64,000 bases of DNA. Origin: the human T2T-CHM13v2.0 reference genome, Homo sapiens. Location of the stretch: the NCBI RefSeq assembly GCF_009914755.1, contig NC_060935.1. One strand, 5' to 3'. Numbering within the stretch: position 1 is the first letter of the stretch; each line of letters begins with the position of its first letter. Position numbers and translations under genes: made by a program. The notes beneath the pieces were generated by a model that was not told the DNA's origin, did no database searches, and saw only the letters and a list, made by a program, of their open reading frames with translations. This document shows positions 1 to 13,769 of the stretch, piece after piece.

Positions 1-1424
1 CGCGTTTCACTCAGATGTGGCTTTGTTTCCCACGATGTCCGCATCGTCCTCTGTGTCAGCCATGGTTGCCATGGATACCGTGGCTCCCAGCCAGAGGAGG
101 GTCTCAGGGCTCAGAGGCTTTGTTGATGTTAGGCCATCAGTTCAAGAACAGGACCACGCAGTGGGGAGCTGTGTGCTGATGCGGAAGGACCCTGTGGATG
201 TTACCGGGGAAGAATGAATGGAACTCCCTTCTGAGCAGCCTCAATGGAGACCAACCCAACACGCTCACCTTGTGTTCACCCCGTGCAGCAGGGACTGCCC
301 CTGCCTCCCACGCAGGAGGGGCCAAACCCACTCACAGCAGGCCTGAGGCCCCCAGGTCTCGGGGTCACGGGGGAGTTCCTTGTTCCTCTGTCCCTCGTCC
401 TTTCTGTCAGCTCGCCGTGGCGTGTTGATGCTGGCGTCGTGGTCCTTCGTCTTCCTTTGTGCTCACACTGACGGTTTCTGGACTTACGCATGTGGATGTC
501 TGATAAGTGCATCCAGAGAGCCATGCCTTTTCATAAATGATGGTTGCTTCTCAGATTCACTGTGGCCAGGACACTGCGTTTTTGGAGACCACGTGCCGGC
601 GGGCACACACCCTCCTGTTGCTCAGATGAACCAACCGGCCTCCATTCCTGTGCTTCCGCAAGTGGCCTGTTCCACACCTGCAGCCGTCTGTGTGCCAATC
701 AGGGACTGCTGAACAACACCTGTGGCTCTGAGGGCGTCCTCTGAGGGATCTCACCCGAGTCCCACGGAATCTGATTCTGCAGCAGCCTCCCTTTCCCAGT
801 GGCCACCCAGTCCCCACGCTGCCCACTGGGGCTCTTCTCGACCCCCATCATGGGCGTGTGGCTTGCCTGGCCGTGACAGCAGGCTGTAGTTTCCTGCACC
901 CACTGCACCCTCTCTCTAGAACACTCTCCAGCTTGAGCAGCATCTTCAGGAAACGCCATCTGATCACAGCGCCCATCCGCGGCGCAGACCCACTCCTCCC
1001 TTCCATCAGTGTGGCTTTTGTGTTGGTTCAGTTACTCTTCTTGGTTTCTTTTGAATAATTTCGTTTTCCTTTCCTAATTTCTTAGGATGAATACAACATA
1101 TTCGTTCTTTTGATGTGCTTGGCTCATCTTCCTACTTTAATAACGAAAGCATTTTAAAGTGCTAACATTTCCTGTGAGTATTGGTTTTTGAGGATTCACA
1201 CAGATTTCGGGATGAAACGTCCTTTATTATTATTATTATTATTATTACTTGCAGGATAATATGCCGTTGTAAAACTTCCTATTTGAGCTAGGTGTAAGCT
1301 AGGAATGTGTCTCTTAATTTTGAAGTTGTAAACATTTTTGGGTTATCTCTGTAGTAATTATTCCCAATTGTTTTGGATTATGTTTAGAGGATTTGCTGGT
1401 AAAGCCTGTTTAAAAAATATTCTC

Positions 1425-1817
<393 letters not shown>

Positions 1818-1988
1818 TCAGGTGATATAAAGATATATTTCTATTAAGTATGAAGATTTTAGTGTATCTTATTGTATATATTGACATTTCCCACTATACT
1901 TGTATATGTGTGTTTACACATATTGATTAATATGTGTATACATGTACACATACATAAATATATACACATACATATACGTGTGTGCATC

Positions 1989-2282
1989 TTTTTTTTTCCC
2001 CGAGATAGGGTCTCAGTCTGTTGCCCAGGCTGGAGTGCAGTGGCGTGATCTCGGCTCACTGCAACTTGGCCTCCTGGGTTCAAGCTATTCTCATGCCTCA
2101 GCCTCCCAGGTAGCTGGGACTACAGGCACCCACCACCACATCTGGCTAATTTTTGTATTTTTAGTAGAGACAGTGTTCCACCATGTTGGTTAGTCTGGTC
2201 TTGAACTCCCGACCTCAGGTGATCCACTTGCCTTGGCCTCCCAAAATGCTGGGATTACAGGCGTGAGCCACTGTGCCTGGTC
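1989..2282 (-). mobile_element. Alu (AluS-type)
   Basis: Poly-T followed by reverse-complement Alu body ending ...gagccactgtgcctgg. Confidence 0.95.
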
Positions 2283-2314
2283 ATGGATCTATATTTTAAT
2301 CAAAGTTTCCTACC

Positions 2315-2542
2315 ATTTCTTTTTTCTTTTCTTCTCTTTTTTTTTTTTTCTGAGATGGAGTCTCGCTCTGTCAACCAGGCTGGAGTGCAGTGGCTCGAAC
2401 TCGGCTCACTGCAACCTCTGCCTCCTGGGTTCAAGTGATTCTCCTGCCTCAGCATCCTAAGTAGCTGGGATTTATGTGTCACCATGCCTGGCTAATTTTT
2501 GTATTTTTAGTAGGATAGGGTTTCACCATGTTGGTCAGGCTG
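2315..2542 (-). mobile_element. 5'-truncated Alu
   Basis: Reverse Alu ending in left arm at ...gttggtcaggctg; TSD-like agtttcctaccattt/agtctcctaccattt on both sides. Confidence 0.92.
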
Positions 2543-3114
2543 CAGTCTCCTACCATTTAGAATAGCTTTTGTTTATGTCTACCTGCGGCACTGTTTTGTG
2601 GACACAGATCTATTTTTTTCATAAATGGTGGCTTTTATCATTATGTAATGTCCATTTTTTTCTAGTTAGTGCTTTAACCCTCAATTCCACTTTCTCTCAT
2701 ATTACCACTCATGTTTGCTTTTTGTTTCCATCTGCCTGGACTTCTTGTGACCATCTTATTTTGGTTCTGCTTTTTCCTTCCTTCCCCTTTCTTGCCTTCA
2801 TTTGAACTAACTTTTCTTTTTTCCTTTTCCTATTGTTTGTTTATTCTTTCTGTGTTAACCATAGATTTTTTTATATGTATACTTAAATTAACAAAATCTA
2901 AATTTAATCAATATATTCATTCTCTTAATTAAGGACTTTACAATGCTTTAATTCTTATATAACCCATCTAACTTACACATACTATTGTTGTCTTCACTTT
3001 TATCTTTTTTAATCCCTAAAATTAGACATTATTATTATTGCTTCATAGTCAATATTTAGATGTCTATGTTTTAACCAGTTTCTTTGCTATTATTTCATAT
3101 TTTTAGAGCTAAAG

Positions 3115-4740
3115 ATAATTTTAATTTTGAAATGATTTTATACTTGTAGAAATTTGGGCTGGGTGAGGTAGCTCACCCCTGTAATCCTTGCATTTCGGGA
3201 GGCTGAGGTGGGAGGATGACTTGAGCTTGGGAGTTCGAGTCCAGCCTAGGCAACATAGTGAGACCTCGTCTCTATAAAATAAAAAGAATTTTAAAAAGAA
3301 AATTGCAAGAAGAGTACAAATAGCATGCTTTCCCCTTCTGAACCACTTGAGAATTAATTACCAGCCTGATGCCCATTATCTCAAATTCTTTAGGGTGTAC
3401 ATCCTACAACAAGGACAGTCTCCTGCATAGCAAGGCAACATCAACATCAGGAAATTAACACTCACACACTACTACCATCTAATCAACAGAATCCTGCATT
3501 CATGTTTAGGCAATTTCTCAGGAACATCCTTTGTACCAACAAGATCTCATCTTGGGTCACAAGTTGTATTTAGTTGACATATCTCTTCAGTCTCCTTCAA
3601 TCCAACAGTTTCTCTGTCTTTTCTTGATTTGTATGACCTGACGCTTTTGAAAAGCACAGATCAGTTATTTTGTAGAATGTTCCTCAAGTACAGGATTGTC
3701 TGATGCTTCCTTTTGATTAGATTCAGGTTACGCATTTTTGGCAGGACTATCATAGCAGTTGGGCTGTGTTCTTTCCATTGTATCCTATCAGGGAGAACAC
3801 AACATAGATTTATCCTATGACTGGTGATGGGACATCATGCTTTGACTGTGACTTTGGTCACTTGGCTAAAATGGTATCTGCCAGGTGTCTCCACCGTAAA
3901 GTTATTATTTTTCCCTTTGTATTTAACAAATGTTTTGTAAAGAAGTACCTCGAAACCACGTAAATATTCCTGCCTGTTCAAACTTTCACTCATCAGCATT
4001 AACATCTACTGATACTTCTTGGCTAAATTACTGATTACTAACAGCTATGATGATTACCAAATGGTAACTTTTCTAATTCCATAATTTCTTCCACGTTTGT
4101 TAGTTGGCATTTTGTTGTAAGAAAATTTTTTCTTCTCCTCATTTATGTATTCATTCATTAGTATCTATATGGCTTTCTGTTTTATCCAATAGGTTATGTT
4201 ATTATTATCTAGTTTGGTGTTCAAATTATGTCAGAACAAGCGGGACCCCTTTAGAGCTGGCTCCTCTGTCCTTTTAATTCATCTCCATCGATTTTTGAGC
4301 ACATGCTCACTCTCTGGCACAAAAGATGTTATAGGTTTATCTTGTGCTTTTCCTACCTCAACCCTGGAATCAGCCATTTTCCCAAGAAATCCTGGTTGCT
4401 TTTAGGGGAGAATGGTATTTAGAAACCAAGATTTGAGTGCTGGGCACGCTCATTGCTGTCGGGGTGTTATTGCATCCAGGCCTTCTTGGTGGATAAAGCT
4501 AGCAACACATGTACGTACACACACAATTATATCTATATTCATTTCTGTATCTGTCCATAAGTATTGAAAACCATTAGTTCATCCCTCCAATTATAATCTA
4601 ACACACAGCGTTCATTCCAGTTTCCTCCTTTTCCGTGTCTGTAACTTCTGCGGCAGTGAGAAACCTGGCTTTCATTTTCCTCAATATTTTGCTTATTTGA
4701 TCAATCTTTTCTAGGTAACCAACCTACTTCCATGATGCCA
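3115..4740 (-). mobile_element. L1MC-type 3' UTR fragment
   Basis: ttttaattttgaaat...aaattgcaagaagagtacaaa; caggaaattaacact; ctggaatcagccattttcccaagaaatcctggtt, typical of L1MC4/5 3' ends. Confidence 0.8.
3157..3290 (+). mobile_element. Alu left monomer (FLAM/AluJ-like)
   Basis: Single left arm followed by A-rich tail, inside L1MC. Confidence 0.88.
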
Positions 4741-4884
4741 TGTGCTTCTCAGTACTCAGAGCCGCTTTGCTCTGAGGACATTTTCCCATCCCAATGAGAT
4801 ACCTGAAAAGATGGGCCTTGTTTTTCATAGTCCCTTCAGGCTAAGGGGACAAAAGTCAGAGTGCCGGGAAAGGGTGGTCTGAGG

Positions 4885-6108
4885 ACATAGGAAAAAGAAC
4901 AACCAGAAACCAACAAAAGTGCTTTTCCTATTCTCTCACTCGATAATCAACAAGCAATACTTCTTGATTGATCTGCTTGATCTTTTCCCCCATACACCAA
5001 GCAATCAATCGACTTTGCAGAGGACACCAGCTAGGCATCCTCCAATTCAATTCTGACGCTGTCTACCTGGAGACGGCGTCAGATCCCACAGGCTGAGCAC
5101 TCAGTCCCACAAGGCTGCCCCCACTTCCAGTGCTCATCGAAAGCCCCAGGTTGTTCCACCTGTAATTCTGACCCACCAGCTATAAATGGGGGTTCCCATG
5201 ACCCCCTTTTTGGGTTTGATTAATTTGCTGGAGTGACTTACAGAACTTAAGGAAACACTTATTTACATTTACCAGTTTATTACAAAGGATATTACGAAGG
5301 ATACAGATGAAGAAATGCATAGGGCGAGGTATGGGGAAGGGGCATGTTTCCCTCTCCAGGTGCACACCCTCCAGGAACCTCCACGTGTTCAGCTATCCAG
5401 AAGCTCCCAGAACCAAGTCCTTTTGGGTTGTTTAAATTTTTTAATTTATTTTATATTTTTCCATAGGTTATTGGGGAACAGGTGGTGTTTGGTTACATGA
5501 GTAGGTTCTTTAGTGGTGATTTGTGAGATTTTGGTGTACCCATCACCCAAGCAGTATACACTGCACCCTATTTGCAGTCTTTTATCCCGCGCCCCCCCCC
5601 CACCCATCCCCCCAGGTCCCCAAAGTCCATTGTATCATTCTTATGCCTTTGTGTCCTCATAGCTTAGCTGCCACATATCAGTGAGAATATACGATGTTTG
5701 GTTTTCCATTCCTGAGTGACTTCACTTAGAATAATTTTCTCCAAACTCATCCAAGTCACTGCGAATGCCATTAATTCATTCCTTTTTATGGCTGAGTAGT
5801 AGTTCCCTTTTGGGTTTTTATGGAAGCTTTATTACATAGGCATGATTGATTAAATTATTGGTCATTGGCCATTTAACCTTCAGCCCCTCTCTCTTCCCCA
5901 GAGGTTGGTGGGGGACAAGATGAAAGTCCTAATCATATAATCCTGCTTTGGTCTTTCTTGTGACCAGCCACCATCCTGAAGCTACATAGGGGCTGTCAGC
6001 CATCAGTGAATTCATTAGCTACAAAAGACACTCATCACTTTGAAAATTCCAAGAATTTTAAGAGTTGTGTGCCAGGAAAAGACCAAATATATATTTCACA
6101 AGATCACA
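4885..6108 (-). mobile_element. MER21-type LTR (ERVL group), interrupted by L1PB
   Basis: ctgacgctgtctacctggag...tcagtcccacaaggctgccccc; ends ...atatatttcacaagatcaca (reverse complement of TGTGAT start). Confidence 0.85.
5436..5801 (-). mobile_element. L1PB-type 3' fragment inserted in MER21
   Basis: ttccataggttattggggaacaggtggtgtttggttacatgagt (L1PB 3' end); flanked by duplicated cttttgggtt. Confidence 0.88.
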
Positions 6109-6247
6109 GATGGGAACCTGTAAACCCTATCCCACTTTAGGCTAGGACCCAAAGGGCTACACGGAAGGAAATAGAATAATCTTAGCTTTTCATCATCTGG
6201 ACAGCTCCGAAAATCTGAAGCCCTGAATTTATATTAAGGTGATTCTA

Positions 6248-6573
<326 letters not shown>

Positions 6574-6669
6574 TTATTATCCTCAGTACCTGGAAAAAAG
6601 AAAAGGAAAAGAAATATTATCTTTAAAGGAGAATTACATCCCTCAGGTCTCAAGTGTTTTCTACAATTA

Positions 6670-7263
<594 letters not shown>

Positions 7264-7292
7264 TCTATAGTTAATTTTTAAAATAGTTATCA

Positions 7293-7610
7293 GGCCAGGC
7301 GTGATGGTTCACACTTGCAGTCTCAGCACTTTGGGAAGCCAAAGTGGGTGGACCACTTGAGGCCAGGAGTTCGAGACCAGCCTGGCCAACATGGCGAAAC
7401 CCCATCTCTACTAAAAATACAAAAATTAGCCGGATGTGGTGGTGGCCACCTGTAATCCCAGCTACTCAGGAGGCTGAGGCAGGAGAATCGCTTGAACCTG
7501 GAAGGTGGGGGTTGCAGTGAGCAGACATAGAGTCACTGAACTCTAGCCTGGGAGACAGAGCAAGACTCTGTCTCAAAATAACATAAAATAAAACAAAATA
7601 AAATAAAATA
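7293..7610 (+). mobile_element. Alu (AluS-type)
   Basis: Full dimer with (A4T)n tail; head-to-head with the preceding Alu, ~30 bp apart. Confidence 0.95.
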
Positions 7611-7629
7611 AGGTATCAACTACACATTC

Positions 7630-8225
7630 CAAAATAATCAGATGCATGAAGAGACACTTAGAGCAAGAACCAGCACAAACAGTAACAGAGGGACACAATA
7701 TTCAATATACTATAAAAACTGTAGACTATGGAATAATTATGTTTACTATGTTCAAGGAAATACATGCTATGCTTGAATTTTTTGGCCAAAAATAAAAAAG
7801 CAGCAGCAGCAATACCTGACATAGCAGCTTTGACAAAGAACCAAATAGAAATTCTAGAACTAAAAAATAACTAAAATTAGGAATTCCACTGAATTCCTAA
7901 TTCCTAAGATAGGAATTCAATTATTAGTTTATTATACATAGGTATAGAGAGAATTAGTGAACTGGAATATAGGTCAGAATAAACCTGGCAAAATAAAGCA
8001 TGAAGAAACAAAACCTCTCTGTCTCTTGTCTCTCAGAAGAGAGATGAAAAGATCTAATCTGTTTCATTAGAGCCTCAGAAGAGTGGCTGGAGGAAATGGT
8101 GCAGAAACATTTGGAAAGATTATGGCTGAGATTTCTCTGGATTTGAGGAAGAACTAATGTTAATACTCATAGATGAGTTAATACTCATAGATTCAAGAGG
8201 CCCGAAAATACCAAGTAGGATAAAG
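7630..8225 (+). mobile_element. Old L1 ORF1 fragment
   Basis: aagaaccaaatagaaattctagaactaaaaaata; gagaattagtgaactggaa; atagattcaagaggcc...ccaagtaggataaa. Confidence 0.8.
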
Positions 8226-8799
8226 AGAAGGAGGAAGTAATTGCAGCTCTGGCTGCCTCACAGAGAAGCCACTGTCCCTGCCATGATGATGAAATTCCAA
8301 GAGGCACCACATCAGCCCCCGCCCCACTGTGACCCTCGCCCAGACCACATGGATGGAGGAAACTGAGTCATGATGTCAGGGAGCCATACCCTGGTCACTG
8401 CTCAAGAGCTACCTTCGAATCCTCATTTTGAAAGTGAAATTGCATAATTTTCACTCCATGTACTCTGGAGCCTATGTATAAGAAACTAAACTTTAGAAGC
8501 AAGGAGATAGGACAAGAGGAAAGGCAGTCAACTTGGCCACCATACTGGTGACAAAGGTGGGCACCAATGGGAGGGGAGCTGGGGTAATGATTCAGCCTGG
8601 AAAGGTGAGTAGAACCAGAGGGAAGGCACGAGGATGACCCATCAGGACCAGGTGGAAAATTCCACTGGGATCTGTGCAGTCCCTACACCCTGCTTCCCAC
8701 AACCATCCTCAACCCAACAGCCCCACAATCCCATTCTACCACAAAGATTATGTAGCTCCTTCTTTACTGTCCTGAAATGGAATTCAGAGATACATTTTT

Positions 8800-9390
8800 A
8801 GACCTCAATATAATTCTCTGACAGTAATAAAGAAGAAATAAAGATAACTTAAATAAAGTAATCTGTATTATAATAGATAAATGTCCAAGCACAACTCCAC
8901 TAGGAGACATGGTCTTCCAAATGGGTGACTAAGTCTTGATAAAAATTGGAACAAAACAAAGTACAATCTCATTTCACATGATAGTTGAAAACTTCAGGAT
9001 TCAGTTAAAAATATATATAATATAAAATATAACACATTATATTTTTATATATAGTAAAATAATATTAGGTTTTAGGTGCTGAATGATTATAAACAAAGTA
9101 CTATAATAAAATTTAATTTTGAAATTATGAGACTTCTTTAGCATTTCAGAATAACTTTAAAATGATTTAAAATGATTTTAAATGCAGTCCAGTGGACATT
9201 CAGAAGTTGTGCGGGATATGGATGAATCTTGGTGGTGTGGGACCACCTTGCCCACTGTGGAACATTTTAAGTCCCCACCCCAGTTTTTGCGGATGCCAAC
9301 AGTGTCCTCACCCAGTCACTGTGATACAAAATGCCTCCAGAAGTCTCCAAACCTATTCCGGGTTCTGCCCGTGTTGAGGGCTCCTGGTTT
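8800..9390. mobile_element. hAT/Charlie-like DNA transposon remnant
   Basis: acaactccactaggagacat...ggaacaaaacaaagtacaatct and a MER20-like terminal segment (cagtcactgtgatacaaaatgcctccaga). Confidence 0.5.
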
Positions 9391-10432
9391 AGGGTGTGGG
9401 CTGGGGCTGGCACTGTGGGTGGACACTTGTTCCTCTGACTGCCTGCTGGCCTCACCACCCCTGTGGGCCACAGCCTTGGAAAGAACAGTCCTCATTGGCT
9501 TTTTCTTCAAACACGACCCTGGGGATGGCTTTAGTAGCTCCTGGAATGGGGAATCTTAGCCCCGTCTATGGTCAGGTGTCTCCCCAGCTCGCTGAAGAAG
9601 AATGTGAAGGGAGAAAGGCTGAGAAGGGCCCCATTAAAGGCGGAAGAATCGCTTCCTCACCTTTCCCCAGTGAGAGAAGATGCGCTTTATTTGTCCATAA
9701 AACACACCCATAGCAAAGGCCTGGCACGGTGCACAGTGTGGGGAGCAGAGGATGGTGTCCTGCCCTCCTAGAGTGTACAGCCTGGGTGTGTGGGGGAGAG
9801 AGATAATAAACAAGGAAATAAACGGTTACGAGTGTCCCAACAGTCACAGGAAAGAACAAGTGCTGTGTGTGGAAGAATAAACCAGAAGGACGCCACAAAG
9901 GAAGGACGGTTGGGGTGGGGGCGGCCACAAGAAGCTCCCACTCTGTCTTCAGAGCTTTGGGTGGGGGGGCGGGTGCCCAAGCTATACTCACCCCTGAGGC
10001 TGTTGGTCTCTGGCCAACTTTAACAATGATTCAGGTCTCACTGGACGCACAAGGTATACGTCCTTTCAGAAAGAATGCAGAGCAATGGAAGAGTGGGTGG
10101 ATTCTTTAACAAAGAAATTGCAAAATTCCAGCAAAATACAACATTTTGGAAGGAAAATCCCTTAGAGGCTCCCCTTTGGTGGCATAGCATCATGGAAATG
10201 AACCAAAGAAGAAATGAAACATTTAAAGAACATCCTAAGTTTTAAATTAGACCCAAATGCTGCGACCTCATCAAATAAACACCCAATCCACCAAATTCTA
10301 GCCCCACCAGGAGGAGTTAAGGAAGGAGCACGCTCTCAAAATGGCACCCGGGGCCAGCCCTGTGATGGGCGGACTCGGGTCACGTGACCCCAACTGCGTC
10401 TTCAAGACTGATCTCTTGTGAGGCTCTTAAAG

Positions 10433-10920
10433 CGGCGCTCCCCAACCTTTCTAGCACCAGGGACTGGTTTGGAGGAAGGCAAATTTTCCAGATGGTGGGG
10501 GATGGGGGTGGGGGTGGTTTCAGGATGATTCAAGGGCATTTCATTTATTGTGCACTTTATTTCTATTATTATTACGTTGTAATATATAAGGAAGTAATTA
10601 TACCCCTCACCATAATGTAGAATCAGTAGGAGCCCTGACCTTGTTTTCCTGCAATGCGACGGCGGCGACAGATCATCAGGCATCAGGTTCTCATAAAGAG
10701 CGCACAGCCTAGATCCCTTGCATGCGGGGTTCACAGCAGAGTTCGTGCTCCTGTGAGAATCTAACGCCGGCACTAATCTGACCTGAGTGGCGCTCTGGTG
10801 GTCACGTGAGCAACGGGGAAGCGGCCGTAAGAACAGATGAAGCTTCACTAGCTCCCCAGCCGCTCGTCTCCTGCTGTGTGGCCTGGTACCAGTCTGTGGC
10901 CCAGGGGCTGGGGACCCTTG
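10433..10920 (+). mobile_element. MER1A (hAT-Charlie non-autonomous DNA transposon)
   Basis: Termini ...tccccaacc / gggctggggacccttg; catttattgtgcactttatttctattattattac core; 8-bp TSD tcttaaag/ccctaaag. Confidence 0.9.
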
Positions 10921-10994
10921 CCCTAAAGGCTCCCGGGGCCCACCACATAATGCCCTGTGTCCCAGATCCTAAATTCCTGAAAAGGCTAAAGTGA

Positions 10995-11397
<403 letters not shown>

Positions 11398-11519
11398 TAA
11401 AAATGCCTATTAAAGAAAATTTGGAAAACATATAAAAAGGGAAAAAGTCAATTCCATCTTTGTTTCCGTTTTGCTATCTGTCCAGTGCACTGGGGTGTGG
11501 AATGCTAACCTCGTCTCCT

Positions 11520-12010
11520 CCTACTACCCATGACTCTGCCACCTCCCATCTGTCCTCCTGCTTTTCATCGACCACACCTCCCACCTTGCGACCTTTGCAC
11601 TGGCTCTTTCCTCTGCTGGAATGCATATTCCCAGAATCTGTATGGCTGACTCCCTCACCACTGAGTCTTTACTCATACACGACCTTCTTGACGACACTGA
11701 CCTTGACCGCCCCACTTGTAATTGCACTTCCGACCACTCCTGATCCCCCTCCCGGCTACTCTGCTTAGTCTTATTCCTATAGCATTTACCACCTTCCTGC
11801 AAGCTAGGTAATTTACTTCCGGATTATGGTTATTTTCTATTCCTGTCTCCCCGATTGGACTGTGTCTATGTCTGTGTCTATGTCTACGTCAGCTGCACGG
11901 GCATAGAGATTTTTACCATTTTCTTCACAGGCATATCCCAAGCACCTGGAACAGTGCCTGTCATATACCAGGTGCTCAGTACATTTTTACTTGATGAATT
12001 AAATTAATGA
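11520..12010 (+). mobile_element. L2 3' end
   Basis: cctttgcactggctc...ctgctggaatgc; agcacctggaacagtgcctg...aggtgctcagt...atgaattaaattaatgaa. Confidence 0.8.
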
Positions 12011-12019
12011 AGCCTGGCT

Positions 12020-12235
12020 GATATTTATTGAGTACTTACTCTGCGCCAGACATTGTTTCAAGTACTTTACATTTTTCCAACAACCCTTGGAGAAAGTTTT
12101 AATAAACCCATTTTACAAATGAGGAACCCTAGGCACAGAAAGGCTAAGCAACTCGCCTAAGATCACACAGCCAGTAAATGTCAGTGCCAGGATTTGAACC
12201 CAGGCAGTCTGACACCAGAGCTCATAGTCTCAATT
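12020..12235 (-). mobile_element. MIR
   Basis: cccattttacaaatgaggaa...aggcacaga...ggatttgaacccaggcagtctga core. Confidence 0.88.
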
Positions 12236-12584
12236 GCAGTGAACACCACAGAGCCAGGCATGTTTTAGTGGTCACTACATTTTAGTTGAATAAATGAATA
12301 AATAACTAAAAACCAAATATATCAAATAACATTCTAATTTCTCTGCCTAGAGATCAATACTGGCCAACACATGATGGGGCATTTTTCTTGACCCTCTCCA
12401 ATGTGAATTACTTCCTTTTATATGGAAGATTGTGAGCCCTTTGAAGACCTGATGGAAGCTATTGGACAGTAGAAGACACAGAGTGTACATGCAGGTGAAA
12501 TGTTGCATGCAATTTTCAGGGGCTTAATGGACCTTCCCCATCACATTACAGTTCTCCAGAGAAACAGAACCAACATGGGAGATC

Positions 12585-13000
12585 TGTGTGTATGTCTATG
12601 TCTGTGTCTGCGTCTCCATCTCTGTCTATGTCTGCCTCTGCGCCTGCACCTGCGTCTGCATGTGCGTTTGTGTCTGTCTGCGTCTGCGTCCGCGTCTGGA
12701 TCTGGGTCTGTGTCTGTGTCTGTGTCTGTGTCTGCGTCTGCGTCTGTCTGCGTCTGCGTCTGTCTGCGTCTGCATCTGCGTCTGCATCTAGGTCTGGGTC
12801 TGTGTCTGTGTCTGTCTGTGTCTGTGTCTGCGTCTGTATCTGTCTGCGTCTGTGTCTGTGTCTGCGTCTGCGTTTGTCTGCATCTGCGTCTGCATCTAGG
12901 TCTGTGTCTGTGTCTATGTCTGTGTCTGTGTCTGTCTGTGTCTGTGTCTGTGTCTATCTGTGTCTGTGTCAGTGTCTATGTCTGCGTCTATGTCTATGTC
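12585..13000. repeat. (TCTGTG/TCTGCG/TCTATG)n hexamer microsatellite
   Basis: Directly visible; source of the CVCVC/SVSVS ORFs. Confidence 0.97.
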
Positions 13001-13642
13001 TATATTAATCAGGATTTTCCAGAGAAACAGAACCAATGGGATATAGATAGATGATAGATGTGTACATAATATATATAGAGGGATAGATGGATAAAAATAG
13101 ATAGATAGATGATAGATAGATAGATAGATAGATATGAGAGGAGCGTTATAAGGGAACTGGCTCAGGTAATCAAAAGTTGAGAAGCCCTGCAATATGCCAT
13201 CTGCAAACAGGAGAAGCAGGGAAGCTGGTAGCGTGACTCAGTCCAGGCACAAAGGTCTGAGAACCAGGGGGCCAATGGGGTAACTTTCAGTAGGAGCCAG
13301 AGGCCTGAGAAACAGGGATCTGCTGGTGCAAGTCTCAGAGTCCAAAGGTCAGAGAACCTAGAGTTGTGATGTTCAAGGGCAGGAGAAGAAGGATGTCCCA
13401 GTTCCAGGAGAAAGAGAGCAAGCAAATTGAGCCCTCCCAAGCCTTTTTGTCTGTCCTGGCCTTCAGCCAAGTGGATGGTGCTCCCTGCACACTGAGTAAG
13501 GATGGATGTTCCTTACTCAGCTTACTGATTCAAATGCAAGTCTCTTCCAGAAACATCCCCAGACATACCCAGAAATTATGCTTTACCAGCTGTTTCATAT
13601 TTCATAATTTTGTCAGGTTGACACCAAAAATTAACTATCGCA
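13001..13642 (-). mobile_element. MLT2 LTR, inner nested copy with (GATA)n
   Basis: Starts tatattaatcaggattttccagagaaacagaacc, ends gttgacaccaaaaattaactatcgca; 5-bp TSD atgtc/atatc. Confidence 0.85.
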
Positions 13643-13769
13643 ATATCTATATGTATGATCTAGATCTGTATCTCTATCTAACTGCCTATCATCTAGCTGA
13701 AAGATGTATTAGAAGGTACTGGCTCATGTGATTATGGAGGCCAAGAGGTCCCACAGTCTGTTGTTTGCA

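Noticed and set aside
10166-10184. CTCF-like tgccaccaaaggggagc
   Set aside because: Core mismatch and spacing; too weak without data.
12500-13054. Cys/Val/Ser-rich ORFs
   Set aside because: Translation of a hexamer microsatellite within an LTR.
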